Below the pieces are notes generated by a model. It made no database searches and was not told the origin of the DNA. It worked only from the letters and a program-made list of their open reading frames with translations. Of a stretch of DNA of 64,000 bases, positions 14,601 to 25,500 are shown piece after piece. A program made the position numbers and the translations under genes. Source of the DNA: Azolla caroliniana. Taxonomy: Eukaryota > Plantae > Polypodiophyta. Each line of letters begins with the position of its first letter. Position 1 is the first letter of the stretch. The stretch is taken from positions 15,686,001-15,750,000 of the forward strand of contig JBHGNT010000015.1 of NCBI GenBank assembly GCA_043228905.1, in the 5' to 3' direction.

Positions 14601-17600
14601 ATCTGAGCCTCACCTAGAATCTAGGGAGGAGTAGAAAGACCCTGAGCATCTACTTACAGCTATCGTAAACAGTGCAGTTGTAGCTCAAGAGGAGGATATC
14701 CATGGCCTCGCTTTATTTCATCAACCATTCCCCAACTCCCCAAGAGTCCATCTTGGATTGGGAACTGCAGATAAAGACCTTGCTACAGTACCATCATCTA
14801 TGGAATGTAGTCAACAGTAGTCATGGACACCAACAGTCAACAAATCCAAACCTCACAAAAGCTAGTGACACATAAGAAGGGGGTTTATAATGCCTGAAAA
14901 GTTCCCACAGCCCCTTGGAAAAATCCAAATCTTATCTTCTTCAAGTGCTTCTACTTCAAGGTTGTCACATCTTGGTGGCACAAGAAGATCCCACATTGTT
15001 GTGGCATGCTCGGTTTGGTCATCTCAACTACAACTCTCTTGAAAAGCTCTCCTCTTCGCAGCTAGTTGAGGGTTTTCCTCTTTTTAAAACTACCAGTACC
15101 CCAAGTGTTGCTTGTCTTTCAGACAAGCAACATCGAGAGCCCTTCCCTCATCAAGCCACTCACTGTGCAACATCTATTTTGGAGTTAGTGCACATGGATC
15201 TTCGTGGTCCGATAAAAACTGCTACTCTTGGTGGCATACACTATTTCATGCTTATCATTCATGATTTCTCACGTAAGGTTTGGGTTTACTCGCTTGCAAT
15301 AATCTCAAGCCTTCACCAAATTTCAAGAATTAGTAGCTCTTGTTGAGAACGAGACATCAAAGAAGGTTCGAAAGATAAGCTTGGACAATGGTGGCGAGGT
15401 TATCTCACAATCTTTCCACCATTTTTGCTCTCAAGGATGCACTACTCGCCAATTATCTGCACCCAACACTCCTCAACAAAATGGTGTGGTGAAAAGGAAG
15501 AACCAGACACTCCAAGAGATGGCTCATACAATGATTTGTCAATCTTATTTTCCTCTCACGTTTTGGGGTGAAGCTGTAAACAGAGCAATCTACATCATCA
15601 ACTGCTCCCTAACTAAAGCAGTTGCTGCAATGACCCCTGTAGAAGCATTTACAGGTGTAAATGCCCTCAGTTTCTCATTTAAGTCTTTGGTTGTAATGCA
15701 TATGATCACATTTCAGATGACAAAAGAGCTAAATTTGAGAAATGCAAGTTCCTTGGCTACAGCAAGCAATCTAAAGCTTACAAGTCATAGGATATAGAAC
15801 CAAAGTGTCTAGTCATCTCTATCCATTTTACCTGAGTTCACGGCTGAAATCCCAGCTGCTCCAGAAACTCCAATTCCAGATGATGATGTCTCACCTTCAA
15901 GCTCCCATCTCAAACTCTAACATCGCCTCCAATTCAAACCTCCCTCAACTCCAAATGTTTCCTCTCCTACACACCAGCTTCCACCATTTCCAAGGTGGCT
16001 TCAAGCCACCATTCGTGATTCCCATCTCTCTAATGTTGAACTTCATGAGTATACAGTTGGGTCTCCTACCAACATGAGAACAACATTTAGGTCACAATGG
16101 CCTCTTCACTCATGCAACTTTGCCTTACTATGCACTGTTGAGAAATCACAAGAACCCACTACAGCAAAAGAAGCTCTTGTTCTTCTGAACTGGAAAGTGG
16201 TACTAGAAGTTGAATTTAATTCCATTGTGCGGAATCACAAATGGGAGCTGGTCCCTTGGCCTCAACATAGGCAAGTCATTGGAGTGAAATGGATTTTCAA
16301 GTCCAAGTACCATGCTGATAAGTGGAAGGCATGCTTAGTTGCAAAAGGCTAATCACACGTAGGGGTGGAATATGAGGAAACCTTTGCTCCAACGGCAAAG
16401 TACACCTCTATTTGATGGGCTCTTGCAATTGCTGCTCACAACAAATGGCCAACCTTTCAAATGGATACAAAGTCAATCTTCCTTAATGATGACCTGAAAG
16501 AGAAAGTTTATGTAGAACAACCTCCAAGTTTCGAGATTTCAGCGTGGAAAAACATGGTTAAAAGTGACAAAGCTTGTATGGCTTAAACCAAGCTCCCAAA
16601 GCCTGGTATGACAAAATTGATGCATTATTTCTCTCTCTTGGGTTTCAATACTATTCTGCTGACAATGTTGGAGGGTGGCAGCTCCAAACCTACACTCTCT
16701 TTCATCTTTATTATCTCTACTATTCTACATTCTCTCACTTCCTAGATTGTACTATCTCTAGAATTTGCAACTCTTTAAATGTCTTCTCTTTTTAGAATCT
16801 GCAACGCTTTAATGCCTTCTCTCTCTTCCACTTTTTCCAAGATATTCCCTCTTATTCCTAATTTATTGTACCTGTTTGGTAGTACAAGAGTCAGTTAATA
16901 CCAAACAATCATTTCACCCACTTTACCCATTTTGTATAAATAGGCTATACCAGCCTCTTTTGTAAAGATTTTTGTTTTTGTTGCTACTTACAAACAAGCT
17001 CTACTCTTTGGCTATGTCTCTACTCTTTGCCACTATTTTTTCTACTGCAGTCTAACAGCCTTCTCACAGCTCGGCAGTGTCTATTTTGTTCTAACAATTG
17101 TTCCGCTGCTGCTATTAGCAGCTTTTCTCACATGTATCAGAGCAGTGAGGTCTCCATATCCTCAGCCCAATTTTTTTTGCCAAATAGCACACAAACCTAT
17201 CTTCTTTTATCCCTCCCTCCCAACCCTATGGAGGAGGTTCTCTTAGCAGCCACCCTCCCAACCTACAAAGGAGGTTCTTTTTTCTTTCCCCCTAATCTGA
17301 GCCTCACCTAGCATCTAGGGAGGAGTAGAAAGACCCTGAGTATCTACTAACAGCTGCTGCAAATTGTCCAATTGTAACTCAAGAGGAGGATATCCATGGC
17401 CTGACATGCCACCATTGTTTCATCAACCATTCCCCAACTCCCCAAAGAGTCCATCGTTTGGTAGTACAAGAGTCAGTTAATACCAAACAATTACTTGGAT
17501 TGGGAACTGCAAATAAAGACCTTGCTGCAGTACCATCGTCTATGGAATGTAGTCAATGGTAGTGACAAGAAACCACCGGTAACTTCATCCTCTTCAACCA

Positions 17601-20594
17601 AATTAGTTGCTGGCTCATCTAACGATGAGATTGAAGCTTGGCTAGATAAGGATTCTCATGCTCATGCTTTCCTCATGTTTAATATTAAACCGAGCATCGC
17701 TCGTCAATTTCAAGATACAGATGAAGAGACAGCCAATTAACTATGGGCAGCCATCAAGAAAAGGTGTCATCGAGCTAGTCATGCTCAAATGATAGCTATT
17801 GAGAGCCAACTAGCAAATCTCAAGATTCATGACACTCCCAACATCATGGATCAAATAATGCCATTTGTTACTCTCCAAAAGGAACTAGTTTCTTTGGAAA
17901 GCAAGTCAACTGAAATTGAGTTTGTACATCGTCTAATGATAAAGTTGCCTGAGTCATTCTCAGCCTTTTGTGACACAATTCCTCTTCTTCCCAACACACC
18001 TGATATGAATACATTTCTTGGCACACTATAAGACAAGGCAACAAGGAAGAAAAGTGCTCAAACTTTCAATGAGACACTTCTACATGCAAAAAGTAAAGGC
18101 AAGTGGAAGCAAAATGGCAACTCCTACAACAAACCCAATCCAAGACCACTAGACAACCCAGCCTACAAGGAGCTGACCTGTCATTATTGTGGCTACAAAG
18201 GTCACATTCAGCCCAACTGTCGGAAAAAGAAAAAGGACAATGCCAAGAAATCTTCTTCTACCGAAAGTCAACCTACACCAAAATCAAACTCGTTCCACTC
18301 AGCCAAAGAAACAGTTTTCCTTGGCATTGAGGAACATTCTTCACATTTGGCTGGAACAACTACCTCAACCATTGATGAGTGGTTAGTAGACAATGGTGCC
18401 ATTGCACACCTGACTTATGACAAATCCATTTTGCATGATGTGAAGCCTAGCTCCTCCAAAATCTCCATAGGAGATGCCTCAAGCATTGAGGCTTCGTGTG
18501 TGGGTAATGTGTTTCTTAACATTTCTTCAAATGACGAACCTGCCGTTCTTCAAGATGTGCTATGTGATCAGGCAGACAATGCTGAAAACACAAAGGATGC
18601 AAAGATTAACTTTATGCACACATGAGGTAACTTAGCTATCATGTATATCACATTAACTTTTGAGTGAACTTTGTAAGAGGTTATAGAAAACCTTCCGCTA
18701 CAAGAATGCAAGGACTACTAGAATCTACGCCTTCAAGAAATTTAGCTTGTGAAGCATTTAATAGAGACAAATGAGCATAGAGTTCCTATGGCACATTGAT
18801 ATAATTAATAAGCAAATATCTCATCCATTAAGACTGATATAGAAGGCGGCTCGGTCATTGTCTCAACTCCGAACAATCTTAATATCATGATGTTATTATC
18901 ATCGTTCATTCTATTATTGCATCATTACAAGTAACTCAATCTGTTTTGCTGGTCCTAAAATAATATATTGAATCATAATGTTCATGAATGAGCCATTATA
19001 GTCCACCCTGAACTTCGTCGAGGGTGATTAACTCAATTAAACTTTGATTAGCTCCCCCAACTAATAATCACTGAAATTATCCTTGATAGTGAGTTAAGAA
19101 TTCAGATAAATTAACACAATACACAGAATGGCCCCAATGGTTTGTTGCACTATTGTAGTGCACTGTTTTACACTAATCCAGCTAGACGCAAACAATTAAA
19201 AGATAAGTGTTTCAACCAGGAACGTGCAAGTCAGGTTGAATAATGTCATTGAAACCCCTAGTTCCAAAACCCATCGGTTCATAAATCAGTAAATATATCT
19301 CAAACCCTAATTTTTCTCTCTCTCAAACCATCAGAATACCTGATTTCTGATCTGTAAACAGACAATCTGAAATCCTATTTCTAGTCTGTAAACAAACCAT
19401 CAGGAACGATGATTTCTAATCCGCAAACGGTCATTGAAATCCCTAATCTCTGTGGTCTAGTGGACAGCCATAGGAAAACCAAGAGAGGGACAAATCTGCA
19501 GCCCAATACCCTTCCACTCCCCCTCCCCCTGTCTCCGATTAAAAGTATGAAATTTGAGCAATCCAAAAATCTTTATGCTCATCTAAACCAGTAAAGGTAT
19601 CTCTACATGTATAGACTATGGGATTCTTTAGTCACTTCTATTTTTATTTAGTTACATTTGTTTTGGTTGGCTATTCTCGAAGAAAAGACAACATTTTAAG
19701 ATGCAATCTCTTTTTTGGTCTTATTGAAAACATTTTGGCCTCTTAAAAGACATTAATATATCTTCTTCCAAATAAATTAGTTTTTGCAAAACCTAGATAC
19801 ATGAAAAACCTGTTCATGCTAAGATTTTGCCAAAAAGAAGACACTTTTTATTGGTTGAAAAACTGAGTTTCCTTTAAGCCGCAGTAAATATTAAAGACCT
19901 TTAGGATGAAAACACAAATCCTCGCATATTTAATAAGTGCATGACTGTGAGTAAGCCTTGCCACTTGTGTTCTTGGATAGTGTTTCTTTCTCTCATTACA
20001 AATGTAAACATCTTCCATTCCAATACAATGACACCATAATGTATGCAGTCACAAATTTTACAAATCCTATGATACTATAAAATGCAAGGATGAAAATGCA
20101 AATCATAGCGTATTTGATAAATGCATGACTATCAGTATGCCTTCCCATTTGTGCTCTTGGATAGTGTTTATTTCTCTCATCTTCCATTCCAATATTGCAA
20201 TACTATAATGTATGCAACCAAGAGTTGTATAGAATGGAGAAACAATAATTTTCCAACTTCGTTTCATTGAACGAGATAGATTTGTTTGGATGAGTGAGAT
20301 GGCATGCAAAAAAAAAAATCAATTCCTCTAATTTCCTTTCAAGAACCAAAACATTTGATATCTATTCTACTACCTTCGCATCCTTAAAAACTAGAAAGAA
20401 GGAGGACGAAGCAGAAGTTCTAAAACAAAGAAAATCACGGGGAAACAACAAATTCTTACTTGGGAGAACAATGGATAGCTACTAGTGTAGCTCCGCGAGA
20501 GCTCGTCTCTGTGGGAGCTCCAGCGAGCGAGAAGGGGGGGAGGGGACGAGTTTCGGGCGCAACGGAGACACCACAGCAGCTGCCTGTGCGCCAT
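5421..20594 (-). CDS. MIC60: MICOS complex subunit MIC60 / mitofilin, spliced gene (~733 aa; 737 aa with the micro-exon)
   Basis: Joined exons give an Arg/Ser-rich mitochondrial presequence, a TM segment (YFMIVAALSAAAIAVVTLY), an acidic spacer and coiled coil (IVHAAEQRQAEIDA; FYARSEEVRHSHTAHKLA). They end in a mitofilin C-terminus (SLIPASGGGFLSH; DWVKQARERAVMEQVLLLLQAHA) closely resembling plant MIC60 as I recall it. All exon lengths are multiples of 3. Confidence 0.95.
6258..6359 (-). CDS. MIC60: MIC60 exon (34 aa FDSMKS...SLIPASGGGFLSH...SVLK)
   Basis: ctgcag|TTT ... AAG|gtagca. Confidence 0.92.
7354..7533 (-). CDS. MIC60: MIC60 exon (60 aa GTFALEDAMK...QLHQQ), GC donor
   Basis: taatag|GGA ... 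CAG|gcaagc. Confidence 0.88.
7651..7728 (-). CDS. MIC60: MIC60 exon (26 aa LEALRMVFYARSEEVRHSHTAHKLAV)
   Basis: ttacag|CTG ... GTG|gtaagg. Confidence 0.92.
7808..7927 (-). CDS. MIC60: MIC60 exon (40 aa EEETNLK...AIAKEKA...IKQE)
   Basis: tttcag|GAA ... GAA|gtaaga. Confidence 0.9.
8003..8095 (-). CDS. MIC60: MIC60 exon (31 aa EIEIERERAAAA...LKRK)
   Basis: ttcaag|GAA ... AAG|gtattt. Confidence 0.9.
8570..8810 (-). mobile_element. RTE-X-like LINE family B 3' end in a MIC60 intron
   Basis: Reverse complement of 10280-10503; ends in a (TTTC)n tail (gaaagaaagaaa at ~8570). Confidence 0.8.
8960..9310 (+). mobile_element. RTE-X-like LINE family B internally deleted 3' fragment
   Basis: 'gaaatgcagcaatggttcgag' is shared with 9584; the 3' part matches 10150-10503; ends 'ctcttaaaagaatatatctttctttcttt'. 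Confidence 0.75.
9555..10503 (+). mobile_element. RTE-X-like LINE family B 3' fragment (ORF2 C-terminus plus 3' UTR)
   Basis: Translates as WHPEMQQWFESHG...IGQLRTLAHQLQIEVGRYTRICQLCHQGVESKEHYACHC, the same C-terminal motif as the LINE ORF at 33603-34082. Confidence 0.8.
10921..10998 (-). CDS. MIC60: MIC60 exon (26 aa QVLQEELK...NRLGK)
   Basis: atgcag|CAA ... AAG|gtagtc. Confidence 0.9.
11260..11412 (-). CDS. MIC60: MIC60 exon (51 aa PDAAY...IVHAAEQRQAEIDA...KKIK)
   Basis: ttatag|CCT ... AAG|gtagaa; conserved HAAE motif. Confidence 0.9.
11519..11659 (-). CDS. MIC60: MIC60 exon (47 aa SSENER...EISIK)
   Basis: attcag|AGT ... AAG|gtaact. Confidence 0.85.
11877..12758 (-). CDS. MIC60: MIC60 large exon (294 aa: Pro-rich repeats, TM, acidic repeats)
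   Basis: ctgcag|ATTGGA ... GAG|gtgtgt; in frame with ORF 11856-12662. Confidence 0.9.
13228..14025 (-). mobile_element. RTE-X-like LINE family B 3' fragment with an internal ~240-bp tandem duplication
   Basis: 13230-13640 is the reverse complement of 10047-10503; 13580-13790 is repeated at 13820-14028; (TTTC)n tail. Confidence 0.8.
14027..16665 (+). mobile_element. Ty1/copia copy 1 (LTR 14027-14450, PBS, gag-PR deleted, integrase and partial RT)
   Basis: The LTR ends ...cacaca and is followed by TGGTATCAG (tRNA-iMet PBS). Motifs: LWHARFGHLN, ELVHMDLRGP, DNGGE, TPQQNGV, VIGVKWIFK, YGLNQAPKAWY. Confidence 0.88.
16666..18565 (+). mobile_element. Ty1/copia copy 2 of the same family (LTR 16666-17132, PBS, gag, protease; 3'-truncated)
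   Basis: TG...CA LTR homologous to 14027-14450; PBS tgtatcagagc; zinc knuckle CHYCGYKGHIQPNC; protease WLVDNGAIAHLT. Confidence 0.88.
19302..19310 (+). promoter_or_regulatory. Telo-box-like motif AAACCCTAA in the 5' intron region
   Basis: Exact motif present; function inferred only. Confidence 0.3.
19340..19351 (-). CDS. MIC60: Candidate MIC60 12-nt micro-exon (IRNQ)
   Basis: tttacag|ATCAGAAATCAG|gtattc; phase 0 on both sides. Confidence 0.4.
19610..19770 (+). mobile_element. RTE-X-like LINE family B short 3' end
   Basis: 'ttttggcctcttaaaagacattaatatatcttc' terminus is shared with 10460-10503. Confidence 0.7.
20460..20594 (-). CDS. MIC60: MIC60 exon 1 (45 aa, presequence MAHRQLLWCLRC...PLFSQ)
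   Basis: ATG at 20594; donor CAA|gtaaga; presequence-like composition. Confidence 0.8.
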
Positions 20595-20664
20595 GCGTGA
20601 GGGAAGGACAACTGCGACAGAGAGACCTCTCTCTCTGTTCCTGCTTCGTCTTCGATGAAATAAT

Positions 20665-20737
20665 TTCTTCTTCTTCTTCTTCTTCTTCTTCTTCTTCTTC
20701 TTCTTCCATATATGTACACACACACACACACACACAC
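20665..20737. repeat. (CTT)n and (CA)n microsatellites in the MIC60 5' UTR/promoter region
   Basis: About 14 CTT units at 20665-20706; CA run at 20716-20737. Confidence 0.95.
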
Positions 20738-20893
20738 TGTCACACACCCCAAAAATAAAACAAAGAGCAACCAAAGAGAGTTTCCTCTTCTCTAATGAGA
20801 GTTTAGGGAAATTTATAAACCTAGGCACCACACACCTGTATATGTATACATACAATAATCCATATATATACATACATATAATATATGTATCAT

Positions 20894-20976
20894 TATGTAT
20901 GTATGTATATGCATGTGTGTGTGTGTGTGTGTGTGGTATGTTTGGATGCATATGCAGATATGTATGTATGTATATG

Positions 20977-21029
<53 letters not shown>

Positions 21030-21242
21030 TATGTTTGGATGCATATGCAGATATGTATGTATGTATATGCATGTGTGTGTGTGTGTGTGTAGTATGTTTG
21101 GATGCATATGCAGACATGTATGTATGTATATGCATGTGTGTGTGTGTGTAGTATGTTTGGATGCATATGCAGACATGTATGTATGTATATGCAGGTGTGT
21201 GTGTGTGTGTGTGTGTGTGGTATGTTTGGATGCATATGCAGA
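20894..21242. repeat. Minisatellite of 5 units, atgtatgtatgtatatgca-(tg)n-gtatgtttggatgcatatgcag
   Basis: Constant flanks with a variable-length TG tract in each unit. Confidence 0.92.
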
Positions 21243-21249
21243 TAGAGAC

Positions 21250-21335
21250 ATGGATGTAGCTTAGTTGGTAAGGTTGCCCAAGGGAGACTAGGCGGTCATG
21301 GGATCAACCCCTACACCTACATTCCACAGTGGCAT
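21250..21335 (+). other. tRNA-derived SINE-like head (A box TAGCTTAGTTGG, B-box-like GGGATCAACCCC)
   Basis: Homologous to the cassettes at 46241 and 48565; the anticodon arm does not fold. Confidence 0.65.
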
Positions 21336-21474
21336 CTAGTGATATAAAGATATATCTATGGAGTGATAGAGAAGTGAGAAAATTGGGTTTCCAACCCAAG
21401 ATGTAGTGCTAGTAGTGTAAACGACTTACCGCTAGGGTAAGCTAATTATGATAAGAGAGAGAGTGTGTGTGTGT

Positions 21475-21890
21475 GTATTTGATAGTAAGCATGGTCCAGT
21501 GAAAAGCATATCATTTTCCTATTTCTGAGGACCTATTGGGGATTGTGTTATAATGGGATATGCACAATGCTTTTGTGTTTGATGGTAGGCACGGAGTGAA
21601 AATCATATTTGTGAAAGGTGAAGGGAGTACTACTATGGCAATTTTCTTTATTAGAGCATGTCAAAATTCTTTCCTCAATTGAGTGTTCGTCTTGCCTATT
21701 GGCAATTCAACATGTTCCACTACCCATGTAGTGTAGTTAGTATCATATTCGACATTTAAATTGGTGTGTAGGGTGAGATTGAATTTGTATGCGTAGTGAT
21801 ACTATTTAGATCCCTATAAGGGTTCTATACTTTGTTATAAGTTACTAGTCATGGTGGTATTTTTTCTTTCATAATGACAACCATTATTTA
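21475..21890 (+). mobile_element. L1-type LINE 3' fragment
   Basis: Matches 27870-28140 and the reverse complement of 50005-50400. Confidence 0.8.
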
Positions 21891-21892
21891 AG

Positions 21893-22390
21893 ATATATGA
21901 CCTATGAGACCAAAAATATTATATTTCACGTTATACGTGTGAAAGTGACTGGCAACTCTCGATGTTAAAGAACTTTACCAATGAATGTTGCAATCGAGAG
22001 TGCACATTGTGGTTGTGGGAGAAATTCGTGTAAGGATTAGGCTTGGTCGAAGAGATGTGGAAAGCATGGTTGAATATGATCAAAGGTAGAGCATTGTATC
22101 AAAGTGTGATGCTTAGACTCTCAAACTTGTTTAGGGAAAAGTGTGCATAGCCGGCCACTCTCATCACTTGTGCCCTAATGCCCCGTCTCACCTCGCAATG
22201 CATGTAAGATAAGTCGCATGGAAGCAATGGTTTGAATGGCAGATAACGGGATGGGCTCTAACATGTATTGATGTGTATGGTTTCCCCGTTTTGCGAAGAA
22301 TATGGTTTTGTAGTTGGGTGCAACATGTGTAGTATAATATTGAAGTGTGAACCTCCACATTTGTCCCATGTCATGATACATTGGCGTTGT
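21893..22390 (-). mobile_element. RTE-X-like LINE family A, 5'-truncated copy
   Basis: Closely similar to 33570-34070; the truncation point abuts (GA)n at 22391. Confidence 0.88.
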
Positions 22391-22599
22391 AGAGAGAGAG
22401 AGAGAGAGAGAGAGAGAGTAAGAGAGCGAAAAAAAAAAGCAAGAGTGGAGAGGGGAAGAAAAAGCGAAATTGTTTTTATTGTTGCACTCTCTATCAGTAA
22501 GGGAATTGAGCATAAAGACATGTATTGGAAAGCCCTCGATTATAGCTTCGTAATGAGATATAGCAAGTTAAATTTGGTGTTTTGTGTGAGAAGAAACGA

Positions 22600-25500
22600 T
22601 TAAAATAATGAATCTTGTGTTGTTGGCATCCACATACTCAACACACATTGCGGGTCTTCGATTGTATTCATCATCTTCGACCTCTTCAATCGGGTGAGTT
22701 CCAGTTGTCTTTCTTATTCATGGAAAATTGTTTTTATCCTGGATCACTATCACATCAAGAATAATGGATATAAATATGAATTCCTCTCAAATTGTGGGGG
22801 ACATCGATATGGAAACAATTGATCCAAAAAAGAGTAATGTGATGGTTGAATGTAATCGTGAAAGGGAAGACATTGGAAGCTCTAAGAGATTTAAGGGCAT
22901 TGAGGAAATTAATGAGAAAAATGTGACATATGCCGTAGTAATACATGTAGATGAGGTTGACAAGGATAATTGTAATTGGGATACTTTATGGGGAATTGTC
23001 AATACCTTATTGTCTGATATTGTGGAAGAAAATGAAATGTAGCGAAAGAATGCAATGATGAGGATGTGCATGATGTGGATGTTGATGCTAAGGTAGTGTT
23101 GCAATCTTTTGATGTATTCTATGATCGTGCAGTTATATTGTTTTTATTGGGAAACTCCCATACATTAATTGGATTAAACAATGGTTGAACACAATCGTGT
23201 CACCAAATCGTGTTGAAAATATATATGCAGGACCACAAGGGTTTTATGATGTAGTGTTTTGTTCATCAGGACATTGAAGTGCACTTTTGGTTAAAGTTCC
23301 AATGTTTTTTGATAAACGATTGGTGCATGTAATGCAATGGTCCCCTGTTGTGGACTATCATGCTTTGTTGAAACAAGAATGCCCTGCTTGGGTAACAATG
23401 GATTGTAAGCATGCTTTTTTATGGGCACTTTTACCAGAGTTGATGAGTCAAATGGGTAAAGTGTTGGTATCTCCACATGCAAATGCTACAAATAAGTGCA
23501 GATTTTGTGTGTTATGAGATACAAGTCATAAGAGGCCAGGATGGGTGCGTATGAACACACCTGGAATGAAAAGACTTTGTTTTAAATTGAAGCGTGAGAC
23601 ATTTACAGGTCACTATTTTGGATGTGGTGAATGGGGTCACTTTATGGCGGAATGCCATCGTCATTGTCCTTCAACTATAGAGGTTCCTAATGAAGGGACT
23701 GGTAAGGAAGGAGTTGGGAGAGATGTTGGTGTGTTAGATATGGTGGTTGTTATGGATGAAGGAACATCATCTAGAGCAGGTTATAAAGAGGTTTCACTTC
23801 AAGGTTTGGGCCCTAAGAATAAGGGAACTCAATCTATGGATATGGAAAAACAAAATTTGGTGGTTATAGATAAGGGGGGGAAACTGTTGGATAGAACTAG
23901 TAATGATGTTGTTGTTGAAAAGCATTGGCATTAGGTTAAGGGCAAGTCAAAGGGCAAATCAATGAATATGCAACATAATAGTTTGCCCACTATTCGTGAG
24001 ACTACTTGGAAAAGTAATTCAGGAACTAGGGAGGGTCCTCGAAAAGTTGCTTGGCCAAGACAATTTAGGGATAAGGGATTACCCCTTCACCTTCAATTTG
24101 ATTCATTGGGAAAGGTTGTAAATTCATCGAATTCTCGAGGTTTTCGTCAAGCGGGAGAACCTAAACAGAAGAGTTCAATAGACAACTCTAAGGATGTGGT
24201 GCATGAAAATCCATATGCAGCATTGGAACATGCTTTGACTAGTTTCATGACATCGGTTGCTCTAAAGGAGCAAATGCACCCATAACATTGTTGACTGAAT
24301 GAAAGTGGTAACATGGAATGTGAGAAGGGCATGTTCTCCTCATAAGAAGTATATATTATGGCAAACTTTATTAAGTAAAGAATGGGATATATTATGTGCA
24401 GTTGAGCATAAGTGTCATGAGTTAGTAGGATCCACAGTTCATTTGTGTGGATATTCATCATTCTATGCAGGACATCTTAATAATCATTATTCATGTGTGG
24501 TATTAATCGTGCGGGGTAAGTATTTTCCTCAAGTGGTGCATAATGATCCTTATGTCGGTTTTTGGTTCTAGAAATCACTTTTTTTGGCGAGGTTGTGTGG
24601 GTGGTTGGGATTTATGCCCCTAACCAAGCCACTCAACGTATTGCATTATGGGGCTCACTTCGTCAAACCCTATGTGTGGGCCGTCCAGGATTACTTATGG
24701 GTGATTTTAACATGTGTGTTGATGCATCTCAATCTACGTCTGAACATTCAATCATGGATGATCCTGAGCAACTTGCTTGGGATTCATTGGCTATGGAGGT
24801 TTTGAAGTTGGATGTTTGGACATGGTTGCATGGGAATGATCCAGGTTTTACTTTCCAATTTGCTCAACATAGAAAAACATGGAGTCGATTAGATAGAATG
24901 TATGTGATGCACAATGATTCTTTTTTACCGACATCACTTCGTATGGCAGTTTTACAAGATATAGAAACTTCAGATCACTTTCCTATTTGTTTGGAGATTT
25001 GTGGTCATGCAATTGACATGTATAAATCCTTACTTGGAAAGCCTCCATTACGCTTTAACTCTTCTCTTTTGCTTCAACCTCACTTTGGTTCTCTCATGGA
25101 GCAAATTTTGGTAAATTTTTCACAAGAAGTGAATCTTAAAGGAGTTAAAGCATGGGATACCACATTATGAAATATTAAGATTGTTCATCGTATGTATGGA
25201 GTAACTAATGCTCAATGAAGAAGAGGTCTTCTTCTAAAATTCTCACAAGTTCTCTCTAGGTGTAATGCATTATTGATACGTGCACCTTTAGATGAGGAGC
25301 TTTTGGATATCAAAAGTCAATTGCATGTTATTATTTCTCAGTTGCAATGCCAAAGTTATCGTTATGCGAAGATGCGACAATTGAGGGATGGGCTCATAGA
25401 TAATCAATGTCAATCCCATTTGTTTTTCCAAGTGTTACATCCTACTTATACTCAATCTAATGTGGTACATGTGAAGCAAGGTGATGAATGGATAGTGGAT

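Noticed and set aside
14027-17132. Single intact copia bounded by LTR1 and LTR2
   Set aside because: LTR2 interrupts RT with no PPT or RNase H before it and is followed by its own PBS and gag, so it is a second 5' LTR.
19925-20217. ~185-bp imperfect tandem duplication in MIC60 intron 1
   Set aside because: Old local duplication with no coding or structural signal.
20391-21264. Long His/Thr- or Cys/Val-rich ORFs
   Set aside because: Artefacts of microsatellite and minisatellite translation; only 20460-20594 is taken as coding.
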